DNA of 64,000 nt from Candidatus Omnitrophota bacterium. Its GTDB lineage: Bacteria > Omnitrophota > Gorgyraeia > Zapsychrales > Fredricksoniimonadaceae. Positions 1-9,335 of this stretch are shown here, piece after piece. Each line of letters opens with the position of its first letter. Positions within the stretch are counted from its first letter, which is position 1. A program made the position numbers and the translations under genes. A model generated the notes under the pieces. It did no database searches. It saw only the letters and a program-made list of their open reading frames with translations, and had not been told where the DNA came from. The DNA lies in NCBI GenBank assembly GCA_903944345.1, contig CAJARJ010000019.1:7480-71479 (forward strand), given 5' to 3'.

Positions 1-361
1 GGGCTTTGTTAAAACGATGAATTTCATCAATAAACAGAATTGTCCTCATCCCGGAGGAAGAAAGACGATTCCTGGCTGCTACGATAATACGACGCAACTC
101 CTCCACATTCGACATAACTGCATTTATGCTTTCAAACCGGGCTTTGGTGCGGGCACTAATGCAAAATGCCAGAGTTGTTTTGCCAACCCCGGGAGGGCCA
201 TAAAAAATCAGCGAGCTTATACGATCAGCCTCTATCGAACGAATCAGGAGCTTGCCCGGGCCAAGAATATGTTCCTGGCCATAATACTCTTCAAGCGTTC
301 GCGGGCGCATCCTGGCCGACAAAGGACTGTGCCGGGTGTCGGTGGTTTCGAAAAAATCCAT
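1..361 (-). CDS. rarA: Replication-associated recombination protein A (RarA/MgsA AAA+ ATPase), 5' part only; gene runs off the window start
   Basis: Minus-strand translation from ATG at 361 reads MDFFETTDTRHSPLSARMRPRTLEEYYGQEHILGPGKLLIRSIEADRISSLIFYGPPGVGKTTLAFCISARTKARFESINAVMSNVEELRRIIVAARNRLSSSGMRTILFIDEIHRFNKA. Walker A GPPGVGKTT and the FIDEIHRFNK motif are typical of RarA. Not in the ORF track because it has no in-window stop. An alternative start is MRPRTLEEY at 310. Confidence 0.85.
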   Translation of the reverse strand, partial: MDFFETTDTRHSPLSARMRPRTLEEYYGQEHILGPGKLLIRSIEADRISSLIFYGPPGVGKTTLAFCISARTKARFESINAVMSNVEELRRIIVAARNRLSSSGMRTILFIDEIHRFNKA

Positions 362-383
362 ATTCGTTTCTTCTGCTTTTGTT

Positions 384-414
384 AAAAAAAAACCGCGCGA
401 TAGAAACCGCGCGG
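384..414 (-). terminator. Rho-independent terminator downstream of pheT
   Basis: On the minus strand: CCGCGCGG-uuucuau-CGCGCGG followed by a U9 run (plus-strand A9 at 384-392). 7-bp GC-only stem. Confidence 0.7.
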
Positions 415-567
415 AAAAGATCCACTTATGCCGTTGGAAGCCCGTGTATCGAACCTGATAAACAGGTGGAGTCAAGCTCGCGGTCCAGAGACACACAAAG
501 ACAACAGACTCCCGTAATATTGTATTGGTTCAATATTACAAACCTCCTGACGCGCACAGCAGACAAA

Positions 568-2589
568 CTACCTTCTTTTAATATGAAAAATCTCGGTTAA
601 ACGGGCCGCTATCTTTTCATTCAAGGTATTGACTTCCTCATCCGTCAAAGTCCGCTCTTTTGACTGATAGACTAATGAAAAGACATATCCCCTGAAGCCC
701 GCATCCATCTTATCACCGGAATACAATTCAACAAAGTTGATTTTTTGCAGCAGCCCCGCCCCCAGGCGCATACACTCACTAGTAATAGCGTCAAAACTAA
801 CATCCCGAACAGCTAGAGAAAGATCCCTGGTCATCGAAGGAAAATCATTAAGCTCAAGAAACTTTCTCAATGGCTCCGCCGTCATAAGAACTCCATCCAG
901 ATCAAGTTCCGCAAAATAAAGCCTGCTCTTCTTAATATCAAAACGGGCAAGAACCTCGTCTCGCACTCGACCAATACGGCCGGCATATTGCCCGTTAATA
1001 CTCAACTGCGCCGACTGCCCCGACTCCAGAGCATCATCCTGTTGCGCGGAAAATACCACACCGGAAACTCCCAGTTTTCCCAAAACCGACTGCAATGCAC
1101 CTTTCAAATCAAAAAAATCCAACGTTCTTTTTTCGCTGACCCGCCAATCATCTGAATACTTTCCACCCATCAACAAAGACAAGGACCACATCTCCCTCCC
1201 CGGAAGATAGCGTTTCCCCAACTCAAAAAGACGCAAATCTTTCTGGCCGCGATTAATATTTCCGGACGCGACGGACAACATTCCGACCAGCGCCGTTGGT
1301 TTCATCACTTCCTGTTCGGTCGACATCGGATTCTTCAAGGAAATCAGCGGACCGGTGTAATTTGCCTTCTCGAGTGCAGTTCTACCCGTAAGCGCATAAG
1401 TAATAATTTCATTAAAACCAAGCCCCACCAGCGTTTCATTAGTGCTACGTATAACGCCTTCTTCTTTCTTGTTCACTGAAATATTGGTCGACGGAACCTG
1501 AGGAATCGTCATCGGCAAATTATCATAACCAATGATCCGGGCAATCTCCTCAATCACATCCTGCTTGATTTGAATATCATTACGGAAATGCGGAGGAATA
1601 ACTGTCAGGTGCCGCTCTTCCTGCGGAACCATACAGCCGAGTCTTTTCAATATTCGGCGAGACCTGGTGAGATCCAGATCTGCCCCTATTAAATTCGAAA
1701 TGTCGTCAGAGCATACAACGATTTCCCGGCGAGAAATTTCCGGCTTTTGTGCCACGAAATCCCTGCGCGCATAAAGGGTTCCGCCTGCCTCGGATAAAAC
1801 AAGATCCGTCGCTCGGGCCGAAGCCGTCTCAATTGTTCTCCATGCCGTTCCCCGTTCAAATCGATAACAGGAATCACTGGTCAATGCCAGCTTGCGTGAA
1901 GCCCGGCGGATAACGCCAAGCTCGAAAGAGGCCGCTTCCAACAAAATATTTTTTGTCGCTGAAGTCACCGCCGTATCCATCCCCCCCATAATTCCGGCAA
2001 TGGCCACGGGCCTGCGCTCATCAGCAACCACCAAAATGCTTTCATCCAGTTTTCTTTCCACTCCATCCAAAGTAACTATTTTCTCTCCGGCTCTGGCCCG
2101 ACGCACAATGATCTTTTTTCCCTCGAGACGATCCAGATCAAAAGCATGTAGCGGCTGTCCATACTCGAAAAGTACAAAGTTGGTAACATCCACCACGTTG
2201 GAAAGTTGCTTCAGGCCCAGAGACTGCAAAAATTCTGAATGTTCTGCCGAGAAAGGCTTTACCTTCACTCCGGTGACAATAGTTCCTATATAGCGCCCAC
2301 AGTCTGTAGGATTCTCTATCGAAATATCTATCTCGCCTTTGTCGTCCTGATCCGAAACATCCGGAAGCACCAGGTCACGATCCACAATAGCCGAAATTTC
2401 CCGTGCCAGACCGAGCACGCTCAAGCAATCCGGACGGTTGGGAGTAACTTCTATCTCAAAAACAATATCCTCTCCAACCCGTTCAACGTGTTCTACCTCA
2501 AGCCCTGCCATGGTCATGCGCGTTGACAATTCTTCCGGCGTCAATCCGTGATCAATGTATTTTTTTAACCAGTTCAAACTTAATTTCAT
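568..2589 (-). CDS. pheT: Phenylalanine--tRNA ligase beta subunit
   Basis: 673-aa ORF starting MKLSLNWLKKYIDHGLTPEEL, a typical PheT N-terminus. Ends ...EKIAARLTEIFHIKRR. Directly downstream of pheS in the conserved thrS-infC-rpmI-rplT-pheST cluster. Confidence 0.93.
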   Translation of the reverse strand: MKLSLNWLKKYIDHGLTPEELSTRMTMAGLEVEHVERVGEDIVFEIEVTPNRPDCLSVLGLAREISAIVDRDLVLPDVSDQDDKGEIDISIENPTDCGRYIGTIVTGVKVKPFSAEHSEFLQSLGLKQLSNVVDVTNFVLFEYGQPLHAFDLDRLEGKKIIVRRARAGEKIVTLDGVERKLDESILVVADERRPVAIAGIMGGMDTAVTSATKNILLEAASFELGVIRRASRKLALTSDSCYRFERGTAWRTIETASARATDLVLSEAGGTLYARRDFVAQKPEISRREIVVCSDDISNLIGADLDLTRSRRILKRLGCMVPQEERHLTVIPPHFRNDIQIKQDVIEEIARIIGYDNLPMTIPQVPSTNISVNKKEEGVIRSTNETLVGLGFNEIITYALTGRTALEKANYTGPLISLKNPMSTEQEVMKPTALVGMLSVASGNINRGQKDLRLFELGKRYLPGREMWSLSLLMGGKYSDDWRVSEKRTLDFFDLKGALQSVLGKLGVSGVVFSAQQDDALESGQSAQLSINGQYAGRIGRVRDEVLARFDIKKSRLYFAELDLDGVLMTAEPLRKFLELNDFPSMTRDLSLAVRDVSFDAITSECMRLGAGLLQKINFVELYSGDKMDAGFRGYVFSLVYQSKERTLTDEEVNTLNEKIAARLTEIFHIKRR

Positions 2590-2632
2590 ATTTTTATCCC
2601 GCTCGTCTTGCTCTAAAGAGCGCAGCCCAAAA

Positions 2633-3646
2633 CTAGTACTGCTTCAAAAACCTCACATCATTTTCCACAAATGTCCGAATGTCTCCAATACCGTGTTTCA
2701 GCATCGCTATGCGTTCGACCCCCATGCCAAACGCCAGTCCGCAATACTCTCCGGCAGGATACCCTGCCGCCTCGAAAACTTTAGGATGAACCATGCCACA
2801 ACCAAGAATTTCCAGCCACTTCCCGGCACGCCCTTTAAAAATATTGGACTGAATATCCACCTCGGCCGATGGCTCAGTAAAAGGAAAAAAATGAGGACGA
2901 AATCGCATCACCACGTCTTCACCGAAATATTTCTGACAGAAAGTCGTCAGCAGGCCCTTAAGGTCAGAAAAAGTGACCTGCTTGCCTACAAGAAGACCCT
3001 CAATTTGATGAAACATGAACGAATGACTGGCATCCAAGGCGTCGGGGCGATAAACCTTTCCCGGAATAATAACGGCCAAAGGCGGCTTGAATTTCTGCAT
3101 AACCCGAACTTGTCCCGGAGAAGTATGGCTGCGCAGCAATAAATTTCTCCCAGGCGTCAGCGGGTCAGCCTCATCCAGATAAAAAGTATCAAAAGAATCT
3201 CTCGACGGATGATCAAGCGGAATGTTCAGAGCAGAAAAATTATAAAACTCTCTTTCTATCTCCGGGCCTCTCTGGATGACAAAACCCATGCGCTCGAACA
3301 CATCACAAATTTCATCCATCGTCTGATGAATCAGATGACGTGTTCCCAACGGAGAAACTATCCCGGGAAGAGTGACATCAATTGCATTGCTTTGCTTGTT
3401 CTGTTGCCCAAGAAATATTTTTCGTTCGGCTATCAGCTCTTCTGCCAACTGCCTGATTTCATTGGCCTCTTTTCCAATCAACTTCTTTTCTTCCGGCAAA
3501 GCAGTCGCAAGTCCGACGTACATCTGGGCAACAATTCCTTTCTTGCCTAAAAAACCAAGACGCACTGTCTCCAGCATTTTGTCATCAGCAGCTTCAGCTG
3601 TCGCCCGACGTAGATCTATTTTTATTTTCTCAATATCCAACGGCAT
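2633..3646 (-). CDS. pheS: Phenylalanine--tRNA ligase alpha subunit
   Basis: 337 aa; class II aaRS motifs including FRPHFFPFTEPSAEVDI and GCGMVHPKV; position upstream of pheT. Confidence 0.93.
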   Translation of the reverse strand: MPLDIEKIKIDLRRATAEAADDKMLETVRLGFLGKKGIVAQMYVGLATALPEEKKLIGKEANEIRQLAEELIAERKIFLGQQNKQSNAIDVTLPGIVSPLGTRHLIHQTMDEICDVFERMGFVIQRGPEIEREFYNFSALNIPLDHPSRDSFDTFYLDEADPLTPGRNLLLRSHTSPGQVRVMQKFKPPLAVIIPGKVYRPDALDASHSFMFHQIEGLLVGKQVTFSDLKGLLTTFCQKYFGEDVVMRFRPHFFPFTEPSAEVDIQSNIFKGRAGKWLEILGCGMVHPKVFEAAGYPAGEYCGLAFGMGVERIAMLKHGIGDIRTFVENDVRFLKQY

Positions 3647-3664
3647 ATATTTTGATACCCTCAG

Positions 3665-3700
3665 TTAAATAAAAAGGGATCTTGTTGCCAAGACCCCTTT
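3665..3700 (-). terminator. Putative intrinsic terminator after rplT
   Basis: Minus-strand hairpin AAGGGGTCTTG-gcaa-CAAGATCCCTT (one mismatch) followed by UUUUAUUU, between the rplT stop and the pheS start. Confidence 0.4.
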
Positions 3701-3724
3701 AGGAAAAAACCTGAAGTGCTTTTT

Positions 3725-4108
3725 TCAGTTCTTCTTCATCCGCGTAATCGTCGCGGGTAAGGCCTTATCAGCGATCTGAACAATTTGCGTAAAAGTTTTA
3801 GGATCATTTAACGCAATTTCGGATAGCATTTTACGATCCAGCGTAATTTTAGCTTCTTTCAATCCCCGAATCAGGCGGCTGTAAATAATTCCATTGTCTT
3901 TACAGGCGGCATTGATACGCACAATCCACAAGCTGCGAAAATCCCGTGCGCGGGCCTTACGATGTTTTGTAGAATAACGAAGAGCTCGAATAACTGTCTT
4001 AATCGCTTGCACATAACGATTTTTGCGTTGTCCGAAGTACCCTTTCGTAATCTTGAATATACGTTTGCGTCCGCGTTTACGAGCTACTGACGCTTTAATT
4101 CTAACCAT
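3725..4108 (-). CDS. rplT: 50S ribosomal protein L20
   Basis: 127 aa, very basic; RALRYSTKHRKARARDFRSLWIVRINAACKDNGI matches the L20 core; overlaps rpmI by 8 nt as usual. Confidence 0.92.
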   Translation of the reverse strand: MVRIKASVARKRGRKRIFKITKGYFGQRKNRYVQAIKTVIRALRYSTKHRKARARDFRSLWIVRINAACKDNGIIYSRLIRGLKEAKITLDRKMLSEIALNDPKTFTQIVQIADKALPATITRMKKN

Positions 4109-4298
4109 AGGGCATCATTCTCCTTACTTTCTTCGCATCCGTCGCGACCAAATAGCTGCTTCTACGCAACTTGCGTTTGCGTTTTGCGGTCTTCTTCGAA
4201 AGAATATGTCCGCGATTTGCTCTGCGCTTTTTAACTTTGCCTGACTTGGTGATCTTGAAACGCTTGACCACCCCTTTTTTCGTTTTTAACTTCGGCAT
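4101..4298 (-). CDS. rpmI: 50S ribosomal protein L35
   Basis: 65 aa, MPKLKTKKGVVKRFKITKSGKVKKRRANRGHILSKKTAKRKR, the L35 signature. Confidence 0.92.
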   Translation of the reverse strand: MPKLKTKKGVVKRFKITKSGKVKKRRANRGHILSKKTAKRKRKLRRSSYLVATDAKKVRRMMPYG

Positions 4299-4313
4299 AT
4301 GACCCTCTGATTG

Positions 4314-4847
4314 TTACATCTTTTCTGACTTTGGCGCCAGAACCAGGAACATGATGCGGCCTTCCATCATCACGTCTTTTTCGATCTGCGCTATGTCAGA
4401 AAGTTCGCTGACAAATTTATCCAACAACTTCTTGGCCTGATCCCGAAAAGCCATTTCACGTCCGGAGAAAAACAGATTAACCCGAACCTTATCTTTCTTT
4501 TCCAAGAATGCGCGCGACTGGTTAATTTTAGTTTCCAAATCGTGCTCATCAATATGTGGCTTAATACGAACTTGTTTAAGATGAGAAATATGTGCGTTCT
4601 TTCGAGCCTTTCTCTCTTTTTTTTCCTGCTCGTATTTATACTTACTGTAATCCATTATCCGGCAGACAGGCGGCTTGGCTGTCGGAGCAACTTCAACCAG
4701 ATCAAGCCCAACTTCTTCTGCCATCTGTATTGCCCGGAAAACCGGAAGAACGCCCAACTGTTCAGAATTCGCCCCGATGACTCGCACCTCAGGGATACGG
4801 ATCTGCTCATTGACTCGAATTCGTTTCTGGATGATACAAACCTCCAC
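4314..4847 (-). CDS. infC: Translation initiation factor IF-3
   Basis: 177 aa; IRIPEVRVIGANSEQLGVLPVFRAIQMAEEVGLDLVEVAP and the C-terminal KFVSELSDIAQIEKDVMMEGRIMFLVLAPK are typical IF-3; sits between thrS and rpmI. The true start may be a non-ATG codon slightly upstream. Confidence 0.9.
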   Translation of the reverse strand: MEVCIIQKRIRVNEQIRIPEVRVIGANSEQLGVLPVFRAIQMAEEVGLDLVEVAPTAKPPVCRIMDYSKYKYEQEKKERKARKNAHISHLKQVRIKPHIDEHDLETKINQSRAFLEKKDKVRVNLFFSGREMAFRDQAKKLLDKFVSELSDIAQIEKDVMMEGRIMFLVLAPKSEKM

Positions 4848-4892
4848 TGATTTCTTGTTATGCCTTAAAACGGCAGTTATTATCTTAAAAAA

Positions 4893-6632
4893 CTAAATTT
4901 TGTCAACGATATCTTTCTTGGCCAGTACTGAGAAATCTGTAAGTGACATTGCCCCAAGATCTGTTTCCGGACGTTTTCGAACAGAAACCATACCAGAAGA
5001 AACCTCTTTATCCCCGACAATAAGCATATATGGAATTCTCTGCATGCGCCCTTCACGAATACGTTTACCAAGAGATTCATTACGTGCGTCCACCTCCACA
5101 CGAAAACCTTCTGCTCGCAACGCATCTGCAACATTCCTGGAAAAAGCGTCATGATCACTTTTGATCGGGATAACAAGCGCCTGAACGGGCGACAACCACA
5201 ATGGAAAATTTCCGGAATAATGCTCAATTAATGTTCCAAAAAAACGCTCAACACTACCAAAAAGAGCCCGGTGAATCATTATCGGGCGTTCTTCTTTTCC
5301 ATCCGCATTTGTAAACTTGAGATTAAAACGCTCCGGCAAAGCAAAATCGCACTGAATAGTCGAACACTGCCATCTGCGATTGAGCGCATCTTTAAGTTTA
5401 AGATCAATCTTGGGGCCATAAAAGGCTCCGTCGCCTTCATTGATCTTGAAAACAATTTTCTTTTTTTCCAGAGCACCGCGTAAAGCATTGGTTGCCAGAT
5501 CCCAATCCTCCTGCTTTCCGATAAATTTTTCCGGACGGGTGCTGAGTTCAATTTCATAATCTTTGAAACCGAAAGCAGAAAGTAATTCAAACGCAAGATC
5601 GATCACCTTCTCAATTTCATCCTGCACCTGGTCCCGGCGACAAAAAATATGAGCATCATCCTGAGTAAATCCTCGCACCCTTAGCAAACCGTGTAAAACC
5701 CCGGCTTTCTCATAACGATAAACAGTTCCTAATTCAAAAAATTTTAACGGCAGCTCGCGATAGGAGTGCAACTTTTTTCCGTATATCAACATGTGCCCTG
5801 GACAATTCATGGGCTTAACAGCATATTCTTCGCCATCAAGTTTAAAATAGTACATATTGTCGCGGTAATGCTCTGCATGACCAGAAATTTCCCACAATTT
5901 TCCTCTCAGAAAATTTGGCGTCATGACAAGATCATATCCGCGTTTAAGATGCAGGTCTCTGGTAAAATCCTCTAGGATTTTACGCATTAATGCACCCTTG
6001 GGATGATAGAAAACCAATCCGGCGCCTGCTTCTTCCTGATAAATATGAAACAAATCAAGCTCTGTCCCCAGTTTACGATGATCTCGCTTGTCTGCTTCGA
6101 GAAGAGTCTGCAGGTGGGCGGCTAGCTCTTCTTTAGAAAAGAAACTTGTACCGTAAATTCGCTGCAACATGGGCTGTTTTTCGTCACCATGCCAATATGC
6201 CCCAGCCACGGAGAGTAGCTTAAAAGCCTTGATCTGGCCCGTCGATCTAACATGCGGACCTTTGCATAAATCAACAAATTCACGAGCGCCTGTCACAAAA
6301 AGCGAAATCTTTTCATCAGGTATCCCGGCAATTAACTCAACCTTATAGGTTTCATTTTTTTGACGAAAAAAATCCAGCGCCTCTTGTTTGCTGACGAGTT
6401 CCTGAACAATGGGAAGATTTCGATCTATGATCTTTTGCATGGACTGTTCAATTCGCACAAGATCCTGATCAGTAAAAGATTCTTTCTTCTCAAAATCATA
6501 ATAGAATCCGCTTTCTATAGCAGGACCTATGGTGACCTTGACATCAGGCCACAACTCTTTGACCGCCTGGGCCATGATGTGGGAACAACTGTGACGGAGC
6601 TTGTCAATCTCGCGGGAATAATCCATATGCAC
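4893..6632 (-). CDS. thrS: Threonine--tRNA ligase (begins in the N2/editing domain; no N-terminal TGS domain)
   Basis: 579 aa; editing-domain HSCSHIM motif, class II catalytic core (HRDHRKLGTELDLFH, PMNCPGHMLIY), C-terminal anticodon-binding domain. Confidence 0.92.
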   Translation of the reverse strand: MHMDYSREIDKLRHSCSHIMAQAVKELWPDVKVTIGPAIESGFYYDFEKKESFTDQDLVRIEQSMQKIIDRNLPIVQELVSKQEALDFFRQKNETYKVELIAGIPDEKISLFVTGAREFVDLCKGPHVRSTGQIKAFKLLSVAGAYWHGDEKQPMLQRIYGTSFFSKEELAAHLQTLLEADKRDHRKLGTELDLFHIYQEEAGAGLVFYHPKGALMRKILEDFTRDLHLKRGYDLVMTPNFLRGKLWEISGHAEHYRDNMYYFKLDGEEYAVKPMNCPGHMLIYGKKLHSYRELPLKFFELGTVYRYEKAGVLHGLLRVRGFTQDDAHIFCRRDQVQDEIEKVIDLAFELLSAFGFKDYEIELSTRPEKFIGKQEDWDLATNALRGALEKKKIVFKINEGDGAFYGPKIDLKLKDALNRRWQCSTIQCDFALPERFNLKFTNADGKEERPIMIHRALFGSVERFFGTLIEHYSGNFPLWLSPVQALVIPIKSDHDAFSRNVADALRAEGFRVEVDARNESLGKRIREGRMQRIPYMLIVGDKEVSSGMVSVRKRPETDLGAMSLTDFSVLAKKDIVDKI

Positions 6633-6657
6633 GGGACTCGGTGCTTTCTGAAAAAAA

Positions 6658-6734
6658 TGGTGGACCCAAGAGGACTCGAACCTCTGACCTCTTCCATGTC
6701 AAGGAAGCGCTCTAACCAACTGAGCTATGGGTCC
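6658..6734 (-). tRNA. tRNA-Val (anticodon GAC), CCA encoded
   Basis: Reverse complement GGACCCATAGCTCAGTTGGTTAGAGCGCTTCCTTGACATGGAAGAGGTCAGAGGTTCGAGTCCTCTTGGGTCCACCA. Fully paired 7-bp acceptor; anticodon stem CTTCC/GGAAG with loop TTGACAT; T-loop TTCGAGT. Confidence 0.93.
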
Positions 6735-6848
6735 CAAAAATACCTTGCGACCTGTAAAAGAAGTCTAAAAAAATGATTATACCTTTTCTGCTAGCTGCCG
6801 ACAAGAAAAATCTGGCACATATCCGGATTTCATAAAAATGTTCGAATA

Positions 6849-6931
6849 TGGGCAAGGAGGGAATCGAACCCTCAAGACCTTACGGTCAAAGGATTTTAAG
6901 TCCTTCGTGTATACCATTCCACCACTTGCCC
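6849..6931 (-). tRNA. tRNA-Leu (anticodon TAA), long variable arm, CCA not encoded
   Basis: Reverse complement GGGCAAGTGGTGGAATGGTATACACGAAGGACTTAAAATCCTTTGACCGTAAGGTCTTGAGGGTTCGATTCCCTCCTTGCCCA. Acceptor GGGCAAG/CTTGCCC; anticodon loop CTTAAAA; 15-nt variable arm. Confidence 0.9.
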
Positions 6932-6954
6932 GCAAGGCATTTATTCTATATATC

Positions 6955-7028
6955 TGGAGGCGTGGACCGGATTCGAACCGGTGGTAACGGTTTTGCAGAC
7001 CGTGGCCTTACCACTTGGCGACCACGCC
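6955..7028 (-). tRNA. tRNA-Cys (anticodon GCA), CCA encoded
   Basis: Reverse complement GGCGTGGTCGCCAAGTGGTAAGGCCACGGTCTGCAAAACCGTTACCACCGGTTCGAATCCGGTCCACGCCTCCA. Anticodon stem ACGGT/ACCGT with loop CTGCAAA; T-loop TTCGAAT. Confidence 0.93.
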
Positions 7029-7044
7029 AAAAATATTTTTTCCT

Positions 7045-7581
7045 TTACTCCAAAGATTTAATCGCTGCAAGAATTTCATTAATCTCAGCCAATGCGCCTG
7101 CACCTGTGTCGCCACAAGCAAGTCGACCTTCTTTGGGATTAATAAAATTCATTCCGATCTTTTTTAACTCCGATATATTTCGCTGCACGATTGCATTGCT
7201 ATACATGCCCGTGTTCATCGCCGGCGCAATTAAAAGAGGCGCGTTAATGGTAATAGCTACACAGGTCACGGGATCATCTGCCAGCCCCGCCGCAAGTTTA
7301 CCAATAATATTCGCTGTCGCCGGAGCAATAACCATGACCTGCGCCCATTGGGCAAGAGAAATATGCGCCATATCCCACTGCCCGTCTCTGGCAAACATAT
7401 CTCTACAAACAGGACGCTGTGTCAAGACTTCAAACGTCAAAGGTGTGACAAACTTTTCAGCACACGCCGTCATGACTACAGATACTTCGTAGTGATTGTC
7501 CTGCAAGCGTCGAACCAGATCACAAGCCTTATAAGCGGCAATGCTTCCGGATACGCCCAGAAGAAGATTCTTTTTTTTCAT
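7045..7581 (-). CDS. coaC: Phosphopantothenoylcysteine decarboxylase-type flavoprotein (CoaC domain only, not fused to CoaB)
   Basis: From ATG at 7581: MKKKNLLLGVSGSIAAYKACDLVRRLQDNHYEVSVVMTACAEKFVTPLTFEVL..., the flavoprotein (Dfp N-domain/EpiD-like) fold with the GVSGSIAAYK FMN-binding motif and PAMNTGMY motif. The ORF-track start at 7632 is probably too long. Confidence 0.8.
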   Translation of the reverse strand: MKKKNLLLGVSGSIAAYKACDLVRRLQDNHYEVSVVMTACAEKFVTPLTFEVLTQRPVCRDMFARDGQWDMAHISLAQWAQVMVIAPATANIIGKLAAGLADDPVTCVAITINAPLLIAPAMNTGMYSNAIVQRNISELKKIGMNFINPKEGRLACGDTGAGALAEINEILAAIKSLE

Positions 7582-7585
7582 AATA

Positions 7586-7810
7586 TCAGAGCTGGACAGG
7601 CGCAAACTTCTCGGCCACCCTGTCAAGAACAACCTTGCCCAATCTAACTTCCCTTAGCGCGGTCGTTACCAGCTTTTCATTCGCCGCAGCTTCTACCAGT
7701 TTGGGAGCTCCATTTGCCAGATCCAAAGCACGCTTCGAAACCAAAGACACCAAACTATAAGAGTTATAGTCGGCTTTGGGCAGTAATTCTTCCAGGGGCA
7801 TATAAACCAT
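7586..7810 (-). CDS. rpoZ: DNA-directed RNA polymerase subunit omega
   Basis: MVYMPLEELLPKADYNSYSLVSLVSKRALDLANGAPKLV..., the RpoZ signature; classic gmk-rpoZ adjacency. Start ambiguous (ATG at 7810 or 7801; the track's 7828 is TTG). Confidence 0.82.
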   Translation of the reverse strand: MVYMPLEELLPKADYNSYSLVSLVSKRALDLANGAPKLVEAAANEKLVTTALREVRLGKVVLDRVAEKFAPVQL

Positions 7811-7878
7811 TAGCTTGACCTCTTTCAAGAAACGTTAACGAAAATAGTGTTTCTATATAACACACCTGCGGAAAAAAG

Positions 7879-8490
7879 TCAACGACGGTTGCTCTCGGGT
7901 GCTATTTCTCGAGCAATAATTACACTCAATTCGGCATACGCACGCTCAAGGTCATCATTCACAATAATATAATTATAATGCTTTGCGCACTCCAATTCCT
8001 CGGCGGCCGCTTTCATTCGAATCTCTATGGACTTCGCATCATCTGTCTTACGGGCAATCAAGCGTTCCCGCAAAACTTCGAGTGTCGGTGTTCTAACAAA
8101 AATTTTTAATGCTGAAGGTATTTTCTGTTCCACCTGACTCGCACCTTGAACATCAATACACAACAACAGGCTCTTTCCCTGTCCGAGAATTTCCCTGGTG
8201 CTTTTCATCATGGTTCCATAATAATTGTTATATATTTTCGCCCACTCAAGAAACTGTCCGGATTTAATTTTATATTCGAACATCTTTTGCGAAAGAAAAA
8301 CATAGTCCTGCCCGTTGACCTCTTTCCCCCTTGGTAAACGCGTCGTCGCCGATATAGAACGAAGTATCCGACCATTAAATTTTTTGTCTTTCAGCAAACA
8401 ATCATGCAGGGTCGTTTTACCGGCACCAGACGGGCCGGAAAGAACTATTACCCGGCCCTTTGCCACTGTTTTAACCTCTTCTATCAACAT
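7879..8490 (-). CDS. gmk: Guanylate kinase
   Basis: 203 aa; P-loop GPSGAGKTTL; guanylate-kinase core. Confidence 0.93.
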   Translation of the reverse strand: MLIEEVKTVAKGRVIVLSGPSGAGKTTLHDCLLKDKKFNGRILRSISATTRLPRGKEVNGQDYVFLSQKMFEYKIKSGQFLEWAKIYNNYYGTMMKSTREILGQGKSLLLCIDVQGASQVEQKIPSALKIFVRTPTLEVLRERLIARKTDDAKSIEIRMKAAAEELECAKHYNYIIVNDDLERAYAELSVIIAREIAPESNRR

Positions 8491-8513
8491 AAAAGGACAT
8501 CTTCCTTAAGGCC

Positions 8514-9335
8514 TTACTCAATATTATTGGCCTGTTCGCGAATTTTTTCAATCTTACTCTTTAAGGCAATTACCGCATTGGTCACCAAGTCATCCTGTAA
8601 CTTTGATCCCAGCGTATTTGTTTCACGCTGCATTTCCTGAGCAATAAAATCAAGCTTCTTTCCCGCTTGCTTGCCATCTTTTAATAGCAAGCGCATTTCT
8701 TCAATATAATGATGAAACCTTGCGACCTCTTCGTTAACATCTATACTTTTCTGAAAAGATGAAAATTCTTCCGGCTTAAGGTTTTTCTGCCTGTTACGCA
8801 AAATCTCCAAAGACCGTTTCTCTATGGATTTAAGACGGTCGGTCATTTTCTTTAGTTTATCACTAATGTCGACAACCAAGCTTTTACCCTCACGGGCACG
8901 CATCACTTCTAAACTTTTTACCGCCGACTTGAGTGCTCGTTCTATGGCTGGCCACAATATTGAGGGATCAACAACCGCATCTCGAACATCAACAACACCC
9001 GGCATGCGAATTAGATCTGCCAGTGTCAGATTATTGGTCAACCTATACTTCTTTTCTATGCTCTTGGCATGCTTGAGATATTCATGTATTAATTCTTCGT
9101 TAAAAACGGCCTGTTGACCTGGTCGATCTTGAATTTTTAAAGAAACTGTAACTCGTCCACGTATAAGAACTTTAGATAAAACATCTCTTATTTTTCCCTC
9201 AACAACACCGAAGCCGACGGGCAAATAAAACGCGAGATCAAAAAAACGATGATTCACACTTTTGACCTCGATGGTTCCCTTGATTTTTCCGAACGCAAAC
9301 TGCGCGACACCAAAACCAGTCATTCCCCTAATCAT
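8514..9335 (-). CDS. yicC: YicC family stress-induced protein
   Basis: 273 aa beginning MIRGMTGFG, the hallmark YicC N-terminus, with a helical C-terminal part; usual position upstream of gmk. Confidence 0.8.
   Translation of the reverse strand: MIRGMTGFGVAQFAFGKIKGTIEVKSVNHRFFDLAFYLPVGFGVVEGKIRDVLSKVLIRGRVTVSLKIQDRPGQQAVFNEELIHEYLKHAKSIEKKYRLTNNLTLADLIRMPGVVDVRDAVVDPSILWPAIERALKSAVKSLEVMRAREGKSLVVDISDKLKKMTDRLKSIEKRSLEILRNRQKNLKPEEFSSFQKSIDVNEEVARFHHYIEEMRLLLKDGKQAGKKLDFIAQEMQRETNTLGSKLQDDLVTNAVIALKSKIEKIREQANNIE

Noticed and set aside
430-500. Possible tRNA or tmRNA fragment (GGTTCGATAC T-arm-like sequence on the minus strand)
   Set aside because: I could not fold a complete acceptor/D/anticodon cloverleaf around it. 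It is treated as chance similarity within the pheT 3' spacer.
17-600. Plus-strand ORFs 17..385 and 166..600
   Set aside because: They overlap the clear minus-strand rarA N-terminus (Walker A GPPGVGKTT) and the pheT terminator region. They are antisense shadows.
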